Shown one piece after another: positions 59,111 to 64,000 of a stretch of 64,000 nucleotides of DNA. The position numbers and the translations under genes were made by a program. Positions within the stretch are counted from its first letter, which is position 1. Each line of letters begins with the position of its first letter. Below the pieces are notes generated by a model. The model saw only the letters and a program-made list of their open reading frames with translations. It ran no database searches and was not told the DNA's origin. Origin of the DNA: an uncultured virus (IMG/VR IMGVR_UViG_3300050514_000222) (taxonomy: Duplodnaviria; Heunggongvirae; Uroviricota; Caudoviricetes); IMG/VR virus record IMGVR_UViG_3300050514_000222; one strand, 5' to 3'.

Positions 59111-60769
59111 TCATCCGAACAGCTCCTCCGACGCCCGCACCTCGCCGAAGGACGGCGTGTCCACGAGGTGTCGGCGCTTGAGCCGCGTGATGTAGGTGTC
59201 CCGGCTCGACCGCTGGAAGGTGGTCACGGCGGAGATGTCCGTGCGCGTCACCGCCTTGGGGTAGGCCGCGACGATCGCCTCGAGGATCTTCTTCTCGCCA
59301 CCGCTGAGACGCGTGAGCCAATACTCGCGGAGCGCGTCACCGGTCGGCAGCCGCTCGAAGTCCGGCCCGAGCGTCTGCACGCCGGCCCCGGTCACATGGA
59401 TCCAGCCGTCGCCGGTCACCGTGACCAGACTCCCACGCACCAGCCGTGAGACGTAGGTGTCGCGGCTCGACCGCTTGTAGCCGGTCAGCATGGTGAGCTG
59501 CTCGCGGGTCACCCCGTCCGCGTGCTGCGCGATCGCCACCAGCACGCGCCGTTCGCCCTGGCCGAGTGCTGTTGCGTCCACGCGGAGTTCTCGAGCTCTG
59601 GCGACCCTGTCGGTCCGGACGTCGTCATGGATGCGTCCGAGAACGTGGACCGGTGTCCTGGCCGTGGCCACCGCGCTCGCGAGTCGCGACCCCTCCGCTC
59701 CGATCGCGACGCCGGCGGATCCGAGCCGGTCTACGATCTTCTCGATCCTGGCGATCAGCTTCTCGACGGCCGCGACGTCGGCCGGCTTCACCACGTTCCG
59801 CTCCACGACCTTCGTCTCGACCACGGCCGCCGATTTGCCGCGTTCCAGTTCCGAGATCCTACGCTTGAGCTCCCGCGGATCCTCCTGCTTCGCCCGTTCG
59901 ATGGTCGCCGCCATCTGCTTCCTGACCTTTCCGAGGTCCACGTCGGCCAGCGTCGCACCCGGCCGGCCGCCCTTCACGTTCTTCGGGGTGGCCGCGCTGT
60001 CGAACGTCGCCCGCCTCCGCGTCTGGATCCGCTTCATCACGCCGAGCCACTGCGGCGACCACACCCACGCCTCGCCGGTCGCGAGTCCGGGCAGCGACTC
60101 GAGGAGCTCGCGCTTTTGGCCGTGGTACTCGACCCACCCCTCGATCGCCTTCCGGTCATGCGGCGAGGTGGTCCGGAGCACGAACAAGGTCTCGATCTGC
60201 GTGAGCACGTTCTTGTTGAGCGCCGCGCTGCGCTGCGTGACGAGCGTGGATCCGAGTCCGCGCGCGCGGCCGCGGCGCTGGATCCGCTCGAAGGCGCCGA
60301 GGAGCCTGGCCTGCTCGCGGAACGGCCGCTGCGGGATGTAGTCGTCCGCCTCCTCGAGGAACAGGTGCAGCGGTTCCTCGTTCCGCCGGTAGAGCCGTTC
60401 GGCGAAGTCGATCAGGAAGCGGATCTTGTCCGCCTCGGAGAACTCGCTCACGTCCAGCACGCAGGACGCGCGGTCGTCCACCACCAGGTCCGCCAGGACC
60501 TGGCCGCCCGTCTTCTCGAGCGCGACGTCTCCGTGGCGGCCGCCGAAGATCGGGATGGCGAGGCCGCCGGCGCGTCCGTCCGCCGTGGACCGCAGGCCCC
60601 ACCACGAGCCGACCGGATCCACGACGACGAACGGCAGCCGCGCCTTCCACATCCCCTCCGCCATGACGGCGGCCAGGTTCGACTTGCCGGCGCCGCGCAC
60701 CGCCAGGATCCCGAAGGTCTGCGTGACGGCGTCGTCCGGCAGCTCGAGGTTCGGCGCGATCCGGATCAC
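59111..60769 (-). CDS. HerA/DUF87-like ATPase with tandem C-terminal winged helices
   Basis: RGAGKS, VVDPVG, LEEADDY, RGRxRG, TQR; two RSSRDTY repeats. Confidence 0.8.
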   Translation of the reverse strand: MIRIAPNLELPDDAVTQTFGILAVRGAGKSNLAAVMAEGMWKARLPFVVVDPVGSWWGLRSTADGRAGGLAIPIFGGRHGDVALEKTGGQVLADLVVDDRASCVLDVSEFSEADKIRFLIDFAERLYRRNEEPLHLFLEEADDYIPQRPFREQARLLGAFERIQRRGRARGLGSTLVTQRSAALNKNVLTQIETLFVLRTTSPHDRKAIEGWVEYHGQKRELLESLPGLATGEAWVWSPQWLGVMKRIQTRRRATFDSAATPKNVKGGRPGATLADVDLGKVRKQMAATIERAKQEDPRELKRRISELERGKSAAVVETKVVERNVVKPADVAAVEKLIARIEKIVDRLGSAGVAIGAEGSRLASAVATARTPVHVLGRIHDDVRTDRVARARELRVDATALGQGERRVLVAIAQHADGVTREQLTMLTGYKRSSRDTYVSRLVRGSLVTVTGDGWIHVTGAGVQTLGPDFERLPTGDALREYWLTRLSGGEKKILEAIVAAYPKAVTRTDISAVTTFQRSSRDTYITRLKRRHLVDTPSFGEVRASEELFG

Positions 60770-60929
60770 GACGCCGCGTCCTCCTCGCGCGCGAACCAGC
60801 CGAACCGCTCACGGAGGTAGTCCTTGATCCGCTTCCGCGCGGCCGGTTCGAGCGCCGCGATCTCATCCTCCGTCTTCTTCAACCGCTTGGACAGCACCCG
60901 CATCAGGGTCATCTCTTGGTCACGTGCGT

Positions 60930-61832
60930 TCATCTGCCCTCCTCCTCCTCGATCCATCTCCACAGCTCCAACACCGCCAGGAACACCTTGAACAGCTTCT
61001 TCTGGTCCGCGGCCGCGATCACCCGGACCTGGAACTCGGACGGTTTCCCGGTCTTCGGCAGCCGGACGATGCACCCGCCGGTGTCATCCGGCGTGGCGTG
61101 TCCCATCTCCACCAGCGCGTGCACGAGCGCCGCGTTCTGGAGGAGCGACTCGGCGTAGATCCCCTTGCCGGTCTTGTAGTCACCCACCGCGAAGATCCGC
61201 GACCGGCCGGTCCCCTTGCAGACCACGCACTCCACGGCGCCGGTCACGTGGTTGTCCGTCATGCCGATCCCCTCGCAGTACCGACAGACCGCGAAGTTCG
61301 GCTCGTCGAGCTCGCCGGCCCAGTCCAGCGTGCCGGCGTACGCGTACCGTTTGGAGTAGACCACCTGCTCGACGAGGACCGGCGCCAGGTTCGCCCGCTG
61401 GCGCCACTCCTCGTACGCGGCGAACGACCGCATCCCGTCCGGATCCACCTTCGGTTCCGGCCCGACCTTCTGGAGGAGCTCGCGCCGCATGTTCCACTCG
61501 ATCAGCGCGTGCACGGCAGTGCCGGTGTCGCCGGCTTTCCGCAACGCTTTGGCGTGCGCCTGCTCCTTACCGATCCGCCGGGCCAGCGTCTCCTCGTAGA
61601 CCTGACGCATCATCTTCGGCGCAGCGATCGGCAGGTCCTCGTACAGGTCCGCGGCCGCCTTGACGAGCATGTCACGCTCGAGCCGCGCCGCCCAGTTGAC
61701 GAGCGCCGGCTTGGCGATGACCTTGAGGATGGTGGTGACGGACGGGTAGAGCTTCCCGTCTATGTCGTAGAACCGCGAGGTCCGTCCGAACCCGTCGTCC
61801 CGGTGGACGCGTGACTCGACGCCGACGGTCAT
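60930..61832 (-). CDS. PD-(D/E)XK exonuclease with CxxCxGxG Zn-finger insertion
   Basis: PSVTTIL, GTAVH, E, YAGTLD, DYKTG, LQxxA. Confidence 0.8.
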   Translation of the reverse strand: MTVGVESRVHRDDGFGRTSRFYDIDGKLYPSVTTILKVIAKPALVNWAARLERDMLVKAAADLYEDLPIAAPKMMRQVYEETLARRIGKEQAHAKALRKAGDTGTAVHALIEWNMRRELLQKVGPEPKVDPDGMRSFAAYEEWRQRANLAPVLVEQVVYSKRYAYAGTLDWAGELDEPNFAVCRYCEGIGMTDNHVTGAVECVVCKGTGRSRIFAVGDYKTGKGIYAESLLQNAALVHALVEMGHATPDDTGGCIVRLPKTGKPSEFQVRVIAAADQKKLFKVFLAVLELWRWIEEEEGR

Positions 61833-62601
61833 GGGCGCCTCCGGGATGCGCCGAAGCCGAGCCCCTTGACGCTCATACGTACGGAGGTGGAATCCGCCGG
61901 CACGATACCGATGATCCTCAGATGGCCGAGCGAGATCGTGTCGCCGGCCGCGACTCTGATCTCGGACCTGCCATTCCACGATTCGATGTGCACGTAGTCG
62001 TCAGCCCTACCCTCCATCCTCGCGATCAGGTAGCCGACCGCGAACGCCACGATGAGTACCGCGACGCGCTCTGCGGTCCTCGGATTCACGCGCGTCTCCG
62101 CTTCTCGGAGAGGACCGCCCCGACACCCTGTTTCCCGGCCCGATCGGCTGCGGCCACCAGATCGCTCCAGGAGAACGACACCCACCGGCCGTCCGGAAGT
62201 CGTACGATCGGCGAGTAGCCGCCCATATTGGCGGACATCTCGAACTCCCGGTCTCCGTCCTTCGCGGTGCCCACGTGCTGACGCAGGAACATGGTCTCCT
62301 GGGGATGGAGGCACACGTCTATGTTCACCGTCCTCATGCAGGGCTTCATGACGTCGGATCCCGCCTTTCCTCGAGCGGCACCAGCGCGTCGCGTTCGCCC
62401 TCCTCGAGGAGCTCGTGCGCCGACTCCTTGAGGTAGCCCTCGATGTTCGGATCGTCCTTCCCGTCCTCGATCGCCTGCGCCAGGTCCCGCAGGAACTTCC
62501 TCTCCCTCACAGTCACGCGTCCTCCGATCGTATGGTGGAGCGCGCCGCCGCGCGCCCCGTCTTGCGCGTACACCGATCCGGCGGGACCGGTAACCGCGTC
62601 C

Positions 62602-63123
62602 CTAGAACGGCAGGTCCTCGTCCCCCGCGGCCGCCTCCGTCGGCTGCGCCTGCTGCGGGTTCGACACCCGGTCGCGGTGCCGGACGTAGCCGTCGGTGAC
62701 CGTCAGCTTCGTCATGTTCTTCCCGATCGGCACGACCGCCTGGACGTTCGCGTAGACGTCGCCGCCCTCCTTCGCGTTGTGCACGACCTGGACCTGACCG
62801 TTCGCCCCGATCAGCTTCTCCAGGTCGAAGCCCTTGAGCTCCTCGGTGCTGAACTTCCGGCCGCGCCACGCCTCGAGCATCTTCCGGAGGTTCGCCTTCT
62901 CGCTCAGGGAGAGCGTGTAGATCTGCGACACCTCGTACGGCCGGCCGTGCTCCTCGTCGACCACCTCGAGCTGCCAGACGATGCGCGTCTTGGTGACCAT
63001 CTTGCCGGCCTCGAACCCGGACTCGGCCTCGTACGGGTCCCACACGTCGCAGCACACCGCCTGGTGAAGCCCTTCCGGCGCCGGCTTGAAGTTCGACTCC
63101 GGTTTCCTCGCGTAAATCGGCAT
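62602..63123 (-). CDS. Phage single-stranded DNA-binding protein (NGO0469-like OB fold)
   Basis: APEG.H.A.C, SLSEKANLRK.LE.WRG, FDLEKLIG, YANV; SSB-type tail DEDLPF. Confidence 0.75.
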   Translation of the reverse strand: MPIYARKPESNFKPAPEGLHQAVCCDVWDPYEAESGFEAGKMVTKTRIVWQLEVVDEEHGRPYEVSQIYTLSLSEKANLRKMLEAWRGRKFSTEELKGFDLEKLIGANGQVQVVHNAKEGGDVYANVQAVVPIGKNMTKLTVTDGYVRHRDRVSNPQQAQPTEAAAGDEDLPF

Positions 63124-63514
63124 CTTCCTCGCCTCCTCGCGTTTGACGGGATCCTCGTCCCATATCGCCTTGGTCCACCACGCCCACCACTCACGCTTCC
63201 TACGGTCGCGTTCCGTCTCCCGGATCGCCCAACTCAGTGCCGCATCTCCCACCGGCGCCGATCCAGATCCTCGGCTTCCGGCAGCGTGAGCGGGACGAAC
63301 CGTCCCTCCACCAACCGCCAGAAGTAGGTCTCGCCGCAGTTCCGGCACTGGCGCATCAGCGCGGAGCCGCCGACCTGCTCCGTGTCCCTGGATCCGCACC
63401 GGCAGGTCGGACCGCCTCCCTTTCCGGTGGTCGGTCCGGGCGCCACGACGCCGACGGGGTCGCCGGCCCGCACGTGGCCGGAACTGACGACGGTCACGAG
63501 CGCCCGGTCCGGCG

Positions 63515-63709
63515 TCACGCCAACTCCTTCATCACGCGGGCCACCCGCTCCACGATGGCCACCGACACGAATTGGCTCAGGTTCGTCGGCACCATCGACT
63601 CCCGGTTCATCCTCTCCACGGCCGCCTTCGCCGCGTCGTACGCCTCGTCGAAGACCGCGATCGTGTGGAACGTACGCGGCTTCTTCTTGGTCGCCTTCTT
63701 CACCTTCAA
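63515..63709 (-). CDS. Putative ribbon-helix-helix regulator
   Basis: Basic arm, HTIAV strand, two helices (LSQFVSVAI); TTG start with strong RBS. Confidence 0.45.
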   Translation of the reverse strand: MKVKKATKKKPRTFHTIAVFDEAYDAAKAAVERMNRESMVPTNLSQFVSVAIVERVARVMKELA

Positions 63710-64000
63710 GACGCCTCCCTCCTTCCCGAGTGTTCGCGCCAACAGTCGTTGCACGCGCCCTGCTCCGCCTTCTCCCTGTTGCTCATGGTGCGCCGGCAGT
63801 ACGGACAGGCCATGTCGGCGGTCGGGTCCAGTTCGATCTGCCCCGTCTCCGGCACCACCTTCACCACCTGGATCCCGCGCTTCGTGATCGCCTCGAGCTC
63901 CGCCTCGGTCTCCGTACCCTTCCAGATGTACTCGACCGCGGTCGGTCGGAAGGCGTGGAACACGCCGGGCCGGAACTTGGCCTCCTCGCCCATCTTCTCC

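Larger units (their letters stand above)
1..64000. mobile_element. Tailed bacteriophage or prophage genome segment (Mu-like head genes, siphovirus-like tail); host probably a high-GC diderm
   Basis: Terminase, portal, protease, capsid, tail tube, tape measure, lysis and replication modules in canonical order. Dense ATGA/GTGA-coupled small genes. Lipoproteins and a beta-barrel-like protein imply an outer membrane. Confidence 0.96.

Noticed and set aside
1..64000. Integrase/att sites, DGR or retron reverse transcriptase, tRNAs, tail sheath
   Set aside because: No supporting motifs seen; lifestyle cannot be determined from this window.

Overview
High-GC (about 70% by eye) tailed dsDNA phage or prophage sequence fills the whole window. 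No integrase, tRNA, rRNA, CRISPR array or host housekeeping flank is recognisable, and the genome runs off both ends. Layout: (1) 1-7.6 kb, divergent early region of tiny genes driven by four related sigma70-like promoter motifs, with DUF3560-, DUF1419- and DUF5419-like genes and a mini beta-clamp. (2) 7.7-20.3 kb, middle genes: Vsr, cupin, primase-helicase followed by an iteron-rich putative origin, an Acb2/Tad1-like nucleotide sponge, a sigma factor, superinfection immunity and HNH. (3) 20.5-49.2 kb, packaging, head and tail genes with a Mu-like head and siphovirus-like tail (no sheath seen). (4) 49.3-52.1 kb, lysis cassette. (5) 52.2-64 kb, minus-strand RNA-repair and recombination arm: RtcB, RuvC-like, RecD2, HerA-like, PD-(D/E)XK exonuclease and SSB. 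Best leads: a stand-alone ethylene-receptor (ETR1-type, Cu-binding) membrane domain heading the lysis cassette; a portal-MuF-ADP-ribosyltransferase fusion and an adjacent zeta-toxin-like protein sharing a conserved NPxHVPAGSPxGGQFTxGDG tag; several tail-module proteins with Sec or lipoprotein signal peptides; a holin-like/signal-peptide/beta-barrel fusion; a prfB-like +1 frameshift signal in the tail chaperone; and an unannotated 43-aa hyperacidic peptide. All family assignments are from motif recognition by eye; no searches were run.
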